Below are positions 25,253-37,900 of a stretch of 64,000 bases of DNA, piece by piece. The stretch comes from Lingula anatina (lineage: Eukaryota; Animalia; Brachiopoda). The translations under genes and the position numbers were made by a program. Each line of letters begins with the position of its first letter. Positions within the stretch are counted from its first letter, which is position 1. The notes beneath the pieces were generated by a model. The model saw nothing but the letters and a program-made list of their open reading frames with translations, searched no databases and was not told the origin of the DNA. The DNA lies in NCBI GenBank assembly GCA_051362555.1, contig CM120640.1:65512788-65576787 (forward strand). Direction: 5' to 3'.

Positions 25253-25936
25253 CCCTGAAATGAGCTCAGCTGTCATTACATTTGAAAGGTATAAAAAGAA
25301 AGCCGTCCAATTAATTCATTTGCAAGTGTATTAACGTGCGGAAATGAACTACAACATTTTTGTGTAGTACATGTACTTTAGTTAAATTTAGAATTAAAAA
25401 AAAAAAACATTGAAAATCAAAGATATGTACATGTACAGTACTGAGTAGTACTGTACAGTACATGCATTCATGTAAGTTTACAGGGGTTGGTTAAGGGCAT
25501 AAGTACAGAAAGATAAGCACCAACAGTATATTTGGTGTATTTGTTTTACTATCCCCCACCCTTCCCAATAATAAAAAAGATACAGAAATGATAAAGACAG
25601 CGATTAATACCATTGCGAGCTTGTTAACCTGCCGACCCTGTATGCCGACCTTACACTTGAGATTAAGAGAGGTCAAAATAACAGCGCGCACGTTCTCAAA
25701 AGCGGAACGATGTAAAATATTTAAATACGTCTTAGCAAGCATTTTGTTTTGCCATTACATCATAAAGAGCAGCATTAAATACTTATTGCTTATGTTTTTG
25801 AATCTCTGTAATTTTTATTGATTTTATCCAGAAAAAGCAAAAATACACACAAAGCTAAAGTCATTGTTTTGACAATCTGCGCACTGTTTTAGCAGTTTCC
25901 CGGATAATTCCAAAACACTTCCTGGTATCTGCAAGC

Positions 25937-28900
25937 ATGGACGCGGAAGTTGGGATCTGGAAAGAAAAGTGCCATAAGTTGGAAAAACAACTGTCAACTT
26001 TGAAGAAACTTGCACATAAAGGTAAATTAATTATATTTATCGAATTCTGGAAATGGCAAAGTTCGCTTGCCACGGAAACGAATTGAATTCCATGAAGTAA
26101 TTCGTAGATTGTCTTCTTTGCCAGTACTGAGTCATTGACATTGACTAATAACTCCCTCTTAATTCTTTCAACTTGAAGAAGATCAACATCAAATATAAGG
26201 CGTGATGAGAAAATATATTTTGTTTCGTGTACATATATTTTTCTTTATTGATCTGCATTGACAGTCACTAGTGGAGCCTAAGATATGCGAACTTTGTCTA
26301 ATATGGGTAATGGGTAACATGCAATTGATAAAATTGCTACCCAGCATTATCTGTTAATTCAAATAAACTTTACATATCCATGAGTATCAGATACTGCTGA
26401 CAAGTGTATAATTATCATTCAATGATACAAGCAAGCCCTCTTTTTGGTGTCACCTTGCCAAAAGCAGGGCACTTTCCAAGAAGCCCATTTGAATACTAGT
26501 ATTTACATGTACATGTACCAGTACTTATATTGTACATGTACCAGTACTTGTATAAATTCTTGGCACATTCTTGTCAGCATGGTCAGTATTCTTGAAAATA
26601 CAAATGAACATAGTGGCGAGAAGTCTTATGTTGGAGTTCTATTATCTTCCTACTTTCCACTAAATGAAAACATCATTGGTGTCATGAAGCTATCCTTGTA
26701 AATGTTCATATTCAAATCAACACAATCATTGCGGTACATAAAATGCATTATCACTCGAACTCCGATTTACAGTTACTAGTGAGCCAAATAGTACATATCA
26801 GAAACTAAAATATATAGGCATGCTAACACAGAAACATCATTTCATTCTATCATGCAGAATATTATACTTACTAGTAAGCATGCATTCATGCTTACTAGTA
26901 AGTATAATATTCTGCATGATTACATTTCCATAGATAAAGAAAGGCTTAGTTTCATCATGCTTAAGTCTCTAAATTAATGACAATTTAGTGATCATATAGG
27001 TAGTATATATAAATTTCAGAGGTTTTCATTTTTATATTTTATTCATGAAGAGGAGCATCTTAAATGGAGTTTTGAATGAATGACATGGATTATCAGAAGT
27101 GTACTAGCATGCTTAATTACTATTGTTCTCAATCTGCCATATATGAGTCATCTGACAGAAATACACTTCCTTGACTAGTTAGAAATTCTTTATGTTTGCT
27201 TTATTTATAATATTATAGTGATGGGTATATTTTATAAATAAAATCTAAGTTTTCTTTTAATACTCTAATTTTATATTTTTCAAAGCTATAAAAAGTACTC
27301 TGTAAGTTAAGAGTCTTCAATAATTGTTTAGCCTTCCCAAACTTCCTGTAATAAAAATGTTAGTTGTGTCATGAAGGGAGATAAATCACAACAATAAAGC
27401 ACATATACCTGTTCATAAATTCTTTTATTGTATTTTCATCTTCTCGCAGCTATTGCAGATTATGATGACCTGCATTGCAAATACAAGGACAATATAACAC
27501 AGGTAGGTCTATAGTGTTTTCCTTTTGAGTTTTGATGAATGATAAATTACTAGACTGACTCTTAACTAAGGTTAAGGAAATGTAAAAGATTTAACATTTT
27601 TCAGCAGATGTATCATCAAATTGATTCAAAATATAATTAAATAAAACTCAAACAATCTAGCTATTTGACTGAAATAAATTTCATCTTAAAATGAGCCAGC
27701 ATTGATAAGGCTTTGTTTTCTTATATACATGTATGTACCACCACAGTGCTAAATAATGACATTTATTTTATTAGCAATATACTAATATAAGTAATACCTC
27801 CTGTACTTACTGTGATGTAAAAATGTAATTAAATTTTGCGAATGGCATCAGTGAAACTGATATTAGTAAATTCAGGGATTGAAGATGCATGGAAAAGGAG
27901 AGTGCTTCAACTGTTGATTGTATGTACTGGTAGTAGATGTTAGGTTGTCTTTGTGTAAATGAGAAATTCCTTATTCCAGCTAAAAGAAGTAAAAAAGACA
28001 TTAGCAGAGAGAGAAGATCAGCTGAAAAAGTTACAAGAATGTAAGTACATATAATTGAAATACCCAGTTCCTTCATCTTTGTCATGAAAATCTAAATAAT
28101 AGTTTAATCAGAGGGACCTTTAATAAAAATGTCCATCATCGGCCAAATTTCGAAAGTTATACTTGAGTTTGTCCTATTCTTTTAATTGTTATGCAATATT
28201 ATTTAAGTCTGTTTAGATCAAGGAGACATAGGCTTCGTTCACATGGAAAGTCTATTTTCTAAAAATCTATTTTCTATTCATGGTATATCTTGTGATCATG
28301 GTCTGTGCCCTGCCCGCGAGCCAGTTACTATAAGTTACTATAAGTAACTGGCTCGCGCTGCCAGTAATTACGCCGCGGGATATTCAGGGTACAGACCATG
28401 ATCATAAGATACCACGAATAGAAAATAGATTTTTAGAAAATAGACTTTCCATGTGAACAAAACCATAAAGAGCCTTGGTAAGTTTTCAGTATTTTTGTGA
28501 AATTGATAGAATAAGTAAATATAAGAGAACCTGAATGCCTGTTTTATACTTGTCAAAGAAAAATGTAAATTTTTTATGCTGTTTTCCAGATCTTGAGCCT
28601 GTCTACAATGAATATGATGAGATAAGAACAAAGTATCAGATTGAGCATGAATGCAGGGCCGAGGCAGAAAGATATGCCTCAAAGGTATGAAGTATGCTTT
28701 AATGGAATGATTATAGTATCATTTAAATTGTAAAAATATATTCATTTATCATTATCTTTTTTTCCCAAAGGAATAATCAACAAAAATGATTTAAATGCAT
28801 CTTTGACTATTATATGCTCTCAGATGGTGTTTACCTGCTTGTTGAGGTAACTAAGAAAATATGTAGTGTGCTGTATCTGGGCAGGTAAGGTTGAATGATG

Positions 28901-31900
28901 TTGTATTGTTTGTGTTTGATGTGTAGTGTAGAAATGCCCCTATTCCCCTTCTGTTTATTAGTACCACCAGCGTGTACGCTGGCGGTACTCATGGTTTTAG
29001 TCCCGACCCGTCTCGTCCGGCTCCGCCGGCTCCGTAAGCTCCGCCGGCTCCGCGTACTGGCGCCGGATACAAGTCACCGTTACCGCTTCTCCTCCTAGAC
29101 CGCAAGGACCCCTGTCCCCATCTCTTGGATTTAGGTCACATATAACCTCAACTTGAACCCCCAGGTTTTTTTGTCTCAGTCGGTACATTGACCTGGGCGT
29201 GACGCTCCTTGAAATGCACCCTTGTCAAAATTTTTGAAAATTCAATGCCAATTATCTACCCTACGGAAGGAATTATGGGAAAATTTTCTACAGACGGCTT
29301 TCCAAAAGTCATATGTGTAGATTTCAAATATGCCCTTGGATTTGACCTTTGACCTTTATTTCAAGGTCAAACGGGCCAAAATTTTCAAAAAAATGAAATT
29401 TTTTACGAAAAAAAATATTATTTGCACTGTTATTCAGACACTACACAGACTTAACCAATAATAATATTGGAAAGTGTTACCCTTTGGGTCATCTTTCATC
29501 TCTGTGAATTTGGGGTCAATCAGTGCATTTTCACAGGAGTAGCGGCCATAAAATACCGAAAATGAAAACTGTCTCTAATTCGGGAACCGTTAATGCTAGC
29601 GACCCGTTCTTTTTTGCATTTTGTAGAGCATGTAAAGCCCAACACTGAGAGTGGTCTCCGTTTTTTTGTATTTCATACGGTTTTCGTGTTATGCTGTATT
29701 AAAAAGTACTTTGTGGTGGCACATTTTTGTAACTCAGAATTGTAACATTTAGTCCCTTATATCTCCAAAACTGGCAGAGATAGGTCAATAGTTATTATTT
29801 AAGTTGAATAGGAAGTCATTTACTTGCAATCTAGATGTGAGCTTGAAATTGACCTTTGACCTACTTTTCACCATGAACTGAACTTTGCAAATTTTTGTTC
29901 CCTTTTATCTCCAAAACTGGCAGAGATAGGTCAATAGTTACTATTGAACTTGAATAGGAAGTCACATACTGGCAATTTAACAGTGACCTTAAAATTGACC
30001 TTTGACCTACTTTTCACCATGAATTGAACTTTGCCAATTTTTGTTCCCTTTAATCTCCAAAACTGGCAGAGATAGGTCCATAGTCACTATTAAACTTGAA
30101 TAGGAAGTCACATACTGGCAATTAATCAGTGACCTTAAAATTGACCTTTGACCTACTTTTCACCATGAATTGAACTTTGCCAATTTTTGTTCCCTTTAAT
30201 CTCCAAAACTGGCAGAGATAGGTCCATAGTTACTATTGAACTTAAATAGGAAGTCATGAACTGGCAATTTACTGTGACCTTTAAATTGACCTTTGACCTT
30301 CCTTTTACTATGAACTGAACTTAGCAAATTTTCGTTCACCTTTATCTTCAAAACTGACAGATAGGTCCATAGTTACTATTGAACTTGAATAGGAAGTAAT
30401 ACACTAGCAATCTGTGACCTTGAAATTGACCTTTGACCTACTTTTTATGATGAACTGCTTTTTGCATGTTTTCTGGCCTTTAAATCTGCAAAATTGGCAA
30501 AGAAATGTCCATGGTTGCTATTGAACTTGAATAGAAATTCATATACTATGATATTGAAATTGACCTTTGACCTACTTTTTCACCATGAACTGAGCTTTGC
30601 ATATTTTCTTGCCTCTCATATCTTTAAATCTAGCAGAGATGTGCCCATTGTTTCCCCTAGGTTTTCTCTTTTGTCAGCATATATGCACCATTGACAACAC
30701 ATTTCAAGGAAAACCAATAGGCCTTTTGTCTAGAGAATACAGTAGTGAGCAAGGGTAGGAAAATGCAAGTCAATTTGAAAATCTGCTTGATTGTATCATT
30801 TTTAGTTATATTTTTTGCATATTTTGAGAACTCTTGTTGATTGCATCTTATAGAGCTTGTCAAACACCAGACTGGTGATGGTGTCCCTTTTAGGAGGGGG
30901 GGGGGGGGGGTCCATACGAATGCGCTTACTCCAGCTGGTGGTACAATATCTGGAGGCGGTATCGCCTCTCTGATCCTCTAGTTTCTATTGAGATTGTGTT
31001 CAGTAAATTTTTAGGATGATGCACATCTGTCTGTTCAGTAAGTGTTTTGTTGTCATGGCAACTGTTTTTAAATGAGTGGTTTAGACTGGCCAGTATTGCA
31101 TGAAGAATTACTAATAGTTATTTTTTCAAAATTTAAAGGATTTGCTTCATACCGTCAGAATGGCTTCAACGGAACATATTCTTCAGAAAACATGCCCAAC
31201 TAACGATATTTTTATCCAAATACACAAATTAAAAGCTCATTTTGTAAATTTTTGGCTTTAAAAAACATCCTATTTGCTCGGCCTGGGAGTTAATGAGCTA
31301 CGTGGTCACGTGGTCCGATGACGACAATCGAGCCACCGGAGAACAGAGCGTGCTTAGCTGTCAAACTGAGCTGCATTGTCTACCTGTAAGATGACTTCTC
31401 TGGCTTCTGATAAAAGTTTATACTCATTCAAATCTCTTACCCGAGGGGTCTAAATCCTCGTGAAGCTGTATAAAACCATTTCCCGTCTAGTCATTTTTTT
31501 AACAAGCATTTCATTATGGTTATCCCAAGTTGTATAAAACACTGCATTTGAATCAGTTGAGGGAAATGTTGATTATTGCATATGAGGTCCATGTTATTTG
31601 TGAAATTCAATTTATTTTATTAAACCGCTGACACTCCGTCTTGCATACTTTTATTAAACTGAGGTAAACAATGCCCGTTACCTTTACAAGTCCTATCTTA
31701 ATCATCCATCTAACTGGAACTTCCTTTACCTTGGCAGGGTTAAATGGCATTCAATTTGTCTTGCTTATATCGAATGCACTCTCTATCTAAGCTTTACTCC
31801 AGTTATCTCAGGTAAAAATCTACCTGTGCGTTAGTTACAAAGCGCAGCTCCCGTAGACCTGGGGGTACTAGATAAAATCTGAACACCAGGTTTATCGAGG

Positions 31901-34697
31901 AGCTAGAGAAAGAAAGGAAGAATTTTTCCTGCACAACTTCATAGTAATTTTAACACGGACTTGATCCAGCTTAGACCTCCAAACTAACAGGGTGACATGG
32001 GCAATTTTCACAAACAAATCATAAAACTATATTTCAGTTAACCGCCTTTAAAATAAATATACCGTTCTGGGTAAATTAAAACAGTTATTAAATCGCGAGA
32101 ATATTTTTGACTTAAATGATGATTTTATTATTAATGGAAATTAAGCTACTATATGAGGTACATTTGCTGTGATTACGCTGCCCTTCATGTTTTGCGTAAG
32201 TCTACATTTTGCTGTATGTGCTTGTAATTTTTTTAAATATGTGCGTACTATTTTTGCAGGTCTGGTTACCCCCCTGTTATGTGATGAGAGTATAAATATG
32301 GCAATTAGTTCCTTAGCTTATTTGAATAGAATTGCAGTGTAAAATTTTCAACAAGATGTTGGCGAAATAGCCCATTACTCTTTGTAGGTATTTCCCCCGT
32401 CAAAGTTTGTCTAAAATTATCTTTCAATCTTTACTCTTTCAAAGACAGTATAAAGTTACCTGACATATTTTCGTGTAAACTTAATGACAAGCCAAGTGTC
32501 TCCAGTTCATTCCGTACTCAATTTTACCCAAGCAAATTTTTTTCTTGAGTAGATCTTTATAGCACAGTGTTATAAGCTTACAAATTTGCAAAAAAAAAAT
32601 TGCGTACTGACGCAGAATTTGCGTTTCAAGTTATAAAATAATCAATCTTTTAAATTATTTAATATTTCAGATGAAATAATCTTCAGAAACAAATCCTCAA
32701 AGCATAAACGAATTAGGATAACGAACCATTTTATTACAGCAGTTCCCATTTTTTCTTTAATATAACGCTCTTTTTCCTGTTTTTCCTCAACACGTTTTCT
32801 TCCACGGAAGCTTCAAGATACCCTGAGAGCAATTTCTTTTATTAATGTTCGCGACCGTGTTTAAACTTAATTGTTTAAGTATTGATATTTAACGTCATTT
32901 ACAAATACCAATAAAAAAAACCCATGAAATAAATGAGATATATTGAAAAATATGAAAGCCCACCAAGACGAGTTTCATACCTGTTATTACCTGGCTTGGG
33001 AATTGCAGCGGTGCATAATTAACAGGTTTTATTGTTAACAAGCTCTTGGTCAACTACAATGAATTTAAAAATGCATCAGCAATTAGTAAGCTTGCCAACT
33101 GATGACAGTATCTTAAAGACTATCAGCTTTTGATATGATCTAAATCACCTGAGGTGACCGAGATCGCGAGGATCGCAACTATTGTCACCGAAGTTAGTAA
33201 GTTAGTCATGGAAGACCGTCACAGATAAAGAAAGATAGTCAAGGAGTGCTGCAATTTTGGTGAATCCCACGGCAACACACTGAGGCATAAAGAAAATTGC
33301 TCAACTCCGTTCAACACAACTTTCCAAAATAATTCTGTCTGTTTGCACCATGCAGCTCAGTTGAGTCTCATAGACCTTTATCCCAATTGTCGTCACAGTA
33401 CCGCGTGACCCAGATCTGTTGCTTCATTTATGCATATTGAGGTGAGGTTTACTAAAACGCTTTTTTACTACTAATAGATTGTTTTTATAATTTTTAAATG
33501 GCGGGGATCGATTAAAACATACCTCTAGTGTATAGATTGAGTGTTGAATCTTCAAAATTCGAGAAATGGATTTTTATATGACCATTGTCCTTTAAAGCCT
33601 TTAGGGAATGTAGTATTATTATGTTTAATGTGAGAACTGTGAAGCTACTCACACATTTGCGACAAAATACCTGTATGCTAGTGTACATTTGTTGTGGTGT
33701 GCCACAGTGGACTGCCTGGCAGCATGCACTGTAATGTGGTATAGTGGTATATCTCTGCACACTGGTTCAGTGTGATGTGTTTTCATATTCAGTTTTGTTA
33801 TTGACTGAATAAACCCTTTGCATGTGGTTGATTATTTATTGCTTGGATATGAAGCATTAAAAAAAAACATTGAAAAGTGTGATGTTTTTATAACCACAGC
33901 TTTAAATTTTATCTCACACTTTCATTGTGATAAAACTTAAAACTGAAGTCAGTGGGTTTTGATATACTAATGAAAATAATAGCAATATTGTAGGTGTCCT
34001 ATCCAATATTTTTCCACCAAATTGAATTTTTCCTACTCACAACTCACTGTCCAACCTGTCCCTGCACTTGGATTCAATGTTTATACCATCCATTTTAAGG
34101 ATATAGTAACCCTTTTTTTATCATCCAGTTACCAAAATGAGTTTTTTTCCTGCATCTAATTATTCAATTATGCATCTACTGGGTATCTTTGTGCTGATTT
34201 GAAACAATAGAAAAACCCTCAAAAATATAAAATATCGATGTTTATATTTCTTGTTGCAGTGTATAAGCATAGGCAACTCAAAACTTTAATCGTCATTTTC
34301 ACACCTTTCTATTTTAAGGTGAGATAATGAATGATTATTTGGGACTTTGAGCTTCTTCTTTGAAAGGATGTACTTTGATTGAGGGTGTAGTCATGTTATT
34401 TTCTGAAACTTTTCTGAACTTGGAAAGACATGTAAGATTGAAATGTTATTCTGCAGATCAACAAGGAAAATACCAAGTTGAAGAGAGAAAGTCAGGCTTT
34501 GTTTGCTAAACTTGGGGAGATGCGTATTGATGTACTGGACATTCCCATAGATATTGCTGAGGAACCAACCAAGGAGAATGAACTTCAGTTTGAGGAATAC
34601 AATAAAAAAATTCAAGGTAATGCCATTAGGATAGTCAACCATGCTTTAAAGAAGGGATTGCACCCCCTGGTTTATTTCTGTATTTCATGAATTTCAG

Positions 34698-34734
<37 letters not shown>

Positions 34735-34916
34735 ATGAAACTGTTCTCCCTGTTGTGTTTTTATCCATCTTAAGTCAATACATTATCAATAATGTCATTT
34801 ACTCTAGAATTGGAAGAAAAATTGGCAGCCATGTCTCACTCTTTCAAAGTGGCAGATGAAGAAAAGGGAATAGCAGAAGAAAAACTTCAAAAATATAAGC
34901 ATAAAGTAGGCACGAA

Positions 34917-34947
<31 letters not shown>

Positions 34948-37900
34948 TCTGTGTAGATTCAATACTTGTGATAATACCTTAGCATCTGTTTATAATGTCC
35001 AGATGGGGTGATTTTGGATGTACACTTTGTTATAACTTGAGTCAGGTTTATATTCTCAAGTTTTACTATTAATCATTTTTTTTTTTTTGGAAGTCTCTTG
35101 AAAAGAAACATTTTTTGTTATTTTCAAAAGCAAAATATAATCTGAAAAATTAATAAATTTGTGTCTTTTACAGTATGATGCAGAATTGCAGACTCATGAA
35201 CAAACCAAAGCTTCTTTAGAAGAGCATATTGAAGCAATCAAGCAATTGGAAAATGGTGAGACACACATACAACAATGCACTGTTACATCTCTGTTGGGAT
35301 CTTTTTGCCTATGCATCCACACTACCCCCCCCCCCCCCCCCCCCCAGTAGATACATTCAATAACATAAAGTTTACAAGTTTAATGTTACAGTAGTATAAG
35401 CATGTTCTGTGTTAACGTTGCAGTGTCCAAAGTGGCATTACAAGAATATGAGGAACTGAAGGCAAAGTATGACAAAGAAATGGCACTAAAACAGGCAGCT
35501 GAATCTTTTGCATCTAAGGTATTTTTAATGATAATACTCAGTATACCTAACTGTGTCTAACTTTTCTAAATATTGATAAACAGAAATGAATCAATAGAAA
35601 TAAATAAGTAAACAATTAATAATACTAAAATGATAAAAATGAAAAGATATTGTTAAAGCAAAAAATTGGGATTTTGTCACTAAGTTTTTTAGTAATGCAG
35701 AAAAGTCTTTTTCATGTTGTTGAACATACTAGGTTTGACTAGAGGTTTTAGTTATTTATAGACAGCCTGAGTATACTTGACCTGTTTTATTCAATTAACC
35801 GTTGTAGTTGCATGCACAATCTGCTGTTATAAAAAGACAAAGTGCTGCAATCATCAGCTCCTCTGCAGCCAATGAACAGTTGGCTAAAGCCATGAATGAA
35901 ATAGAAAATCTCACAAGACAGTTAGAAAGCATTGAAGAAAAAAGCAAAAAAGAGGTAAAATATCTTTATTATATTCAATGGTAATAATGTTGAATAATGA
36001 TAACCTTTTTAATACATTAATCAATTTTTTCTTAAGTGACTGATGAATTTCAAGAGTACCCAGTAATACAGCATTTTTAAAGAAATTATGTAACACAGTC
36101 CTAAAGAAAGTATTTTCTTATTAAAATTACAGATTGATGATCTCAAAGTTGCATTGGAAAAAGCTGGAAATGTAGAACACATAGAGAAGCTGGAGGAAAA
36201 TGTGTCTTCTTTGTCAGAACAAATTGAAGCAATGACTGAAAAATTAGCAGTTTCAGATAACAAAATAATGGAACTTGAAAGGCAGAGTAAGTTTTCTTTT
36301 TGTTGTGCTGTTTAATTTCAATCAACCATACAATAAAATATATGAATGTGAAAAATTTGAGAAAGCTGGTTGATGTAAGTTTCATGTTTTGTAAAATCAA
36401 GGACGTATATTCAATATACGTCCTTGGTAAAATGTACATGATAATCTATGCAGTTTACAAATTTATCAAAAATTCATACATAATGCAGCATTATGTAGAA
36501 CAATGAGTGACATTGTTTTTATTTAAAATGCTCTGATGGATAATATATATACTGTATTATGATATAACTCATAATCCCTCGCCATTTCAGAGGCTGCTAT
36601 AGAAAGTGAGTTGAGGGCTGCTGAGAAGAAACTTTCTCCTTCCATCCCTCCACCACCACCACCTCCTCCTCCTCCTCCACCAGCCTCACATGTCATAGAT
36701 GTGTTCCGGTAAGTTGATTCCACTGCATCCATAGTCATCTGTATAAGACGTACTTAATTATGTAACTGGATATTGTAGTATGTCATGATCATAATTTCAG
36801 TATGTTAAGTTAAAAAAATATAATTTGTTGTTTTTGTTCATGTTGTTCCCTAATTTTAATTCAATATTTGTAAATTGTGCAAAAATGTAAATTCTGTTAA
36901 TATATGTAGCATATTCTATTAAGTGTAGCATGGTGAATTCATTCCTATGAGCATTGCCAAGTCATTTCTGTTGTTAAAGGGATAACAGCTATTCATTTTG
37001 GCCAAAGTATGGATTTTTCTGGGTTAAACAACAATTTTCCCATAATAACCAATGATAAATTAATCTGTTCCAAGATTTGAAGTTAGTCCTCTTTTTTTTT
37101 TTTTTTTGGTAATAATAGATTATTACAGAGGGTAGCAATTTATGGAGGACATGCAGTCCTATGGCAAGCACAGATTCCAGAATTATTGTGATAAATGCTG
37201 TTTTGGTGGTAAATTAGAGTGTGAACTGTTTACAATGTACCGTATTTATTGTGAAATATGGATCTCATACAAAAAGTTGTTATCCCTTTAAAGAATCTGA
37301 AAGAAGACAAAAGCACTGGGCTATATATATGCATGAATAAACTTAATATAATATAATTTTTTCAGCAATATTACCAAAATGATAAGAAAAAACAAAGAAG
37401 CAAAAGGATTGGTGCCTACAGGTGCAGATAAAGAAAAAGCCGGTAAAGGATTCATGGATTTATTTTCAAGCCACACATTGTCAATTGTATATGATGTTGT
37501 ACAGAGTACATACAAAAATGTATGTTTGCATTGGGTATTTAGCAAAATAATTCACACAGCTGCTTAATATCTATATGGTTTGCAAAGTTAGCTTACCTGT
37601 ATAGCGATAGATGAAAAGTAATTTAACATTGCTGTTTTAGGAAACGAGGTGTATGCTGCAGCTATAGATGAAATGATGGAGAGAATAAAAAGAGGGAACC
37701 TACAACTGAAACCTATAGCAGCACCCAGAGTAAGCTCAGAACTAAACACCTTTTTATGGATACACTCATCTACTTTTTATTTTAAATGAGGTCCTTAGAC
37801 CAAAGAAAATAGTTTGAATTTTTTTACAATGTGTGTAAGATAACCTCTTCATGTGCATTCATTTTTCTTTATGGTCCTTTATTGTGTATGTACACTAGCT

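Noticed and set aside
34700-35346. Long poly-T (34700-34730) and poly-C (~35324-35346) runs as retroposon tails or G-quadruplex elements
   Set aside because: No associated SINE/LINE body or TSD seen; treated as simple intronic homopolymers.
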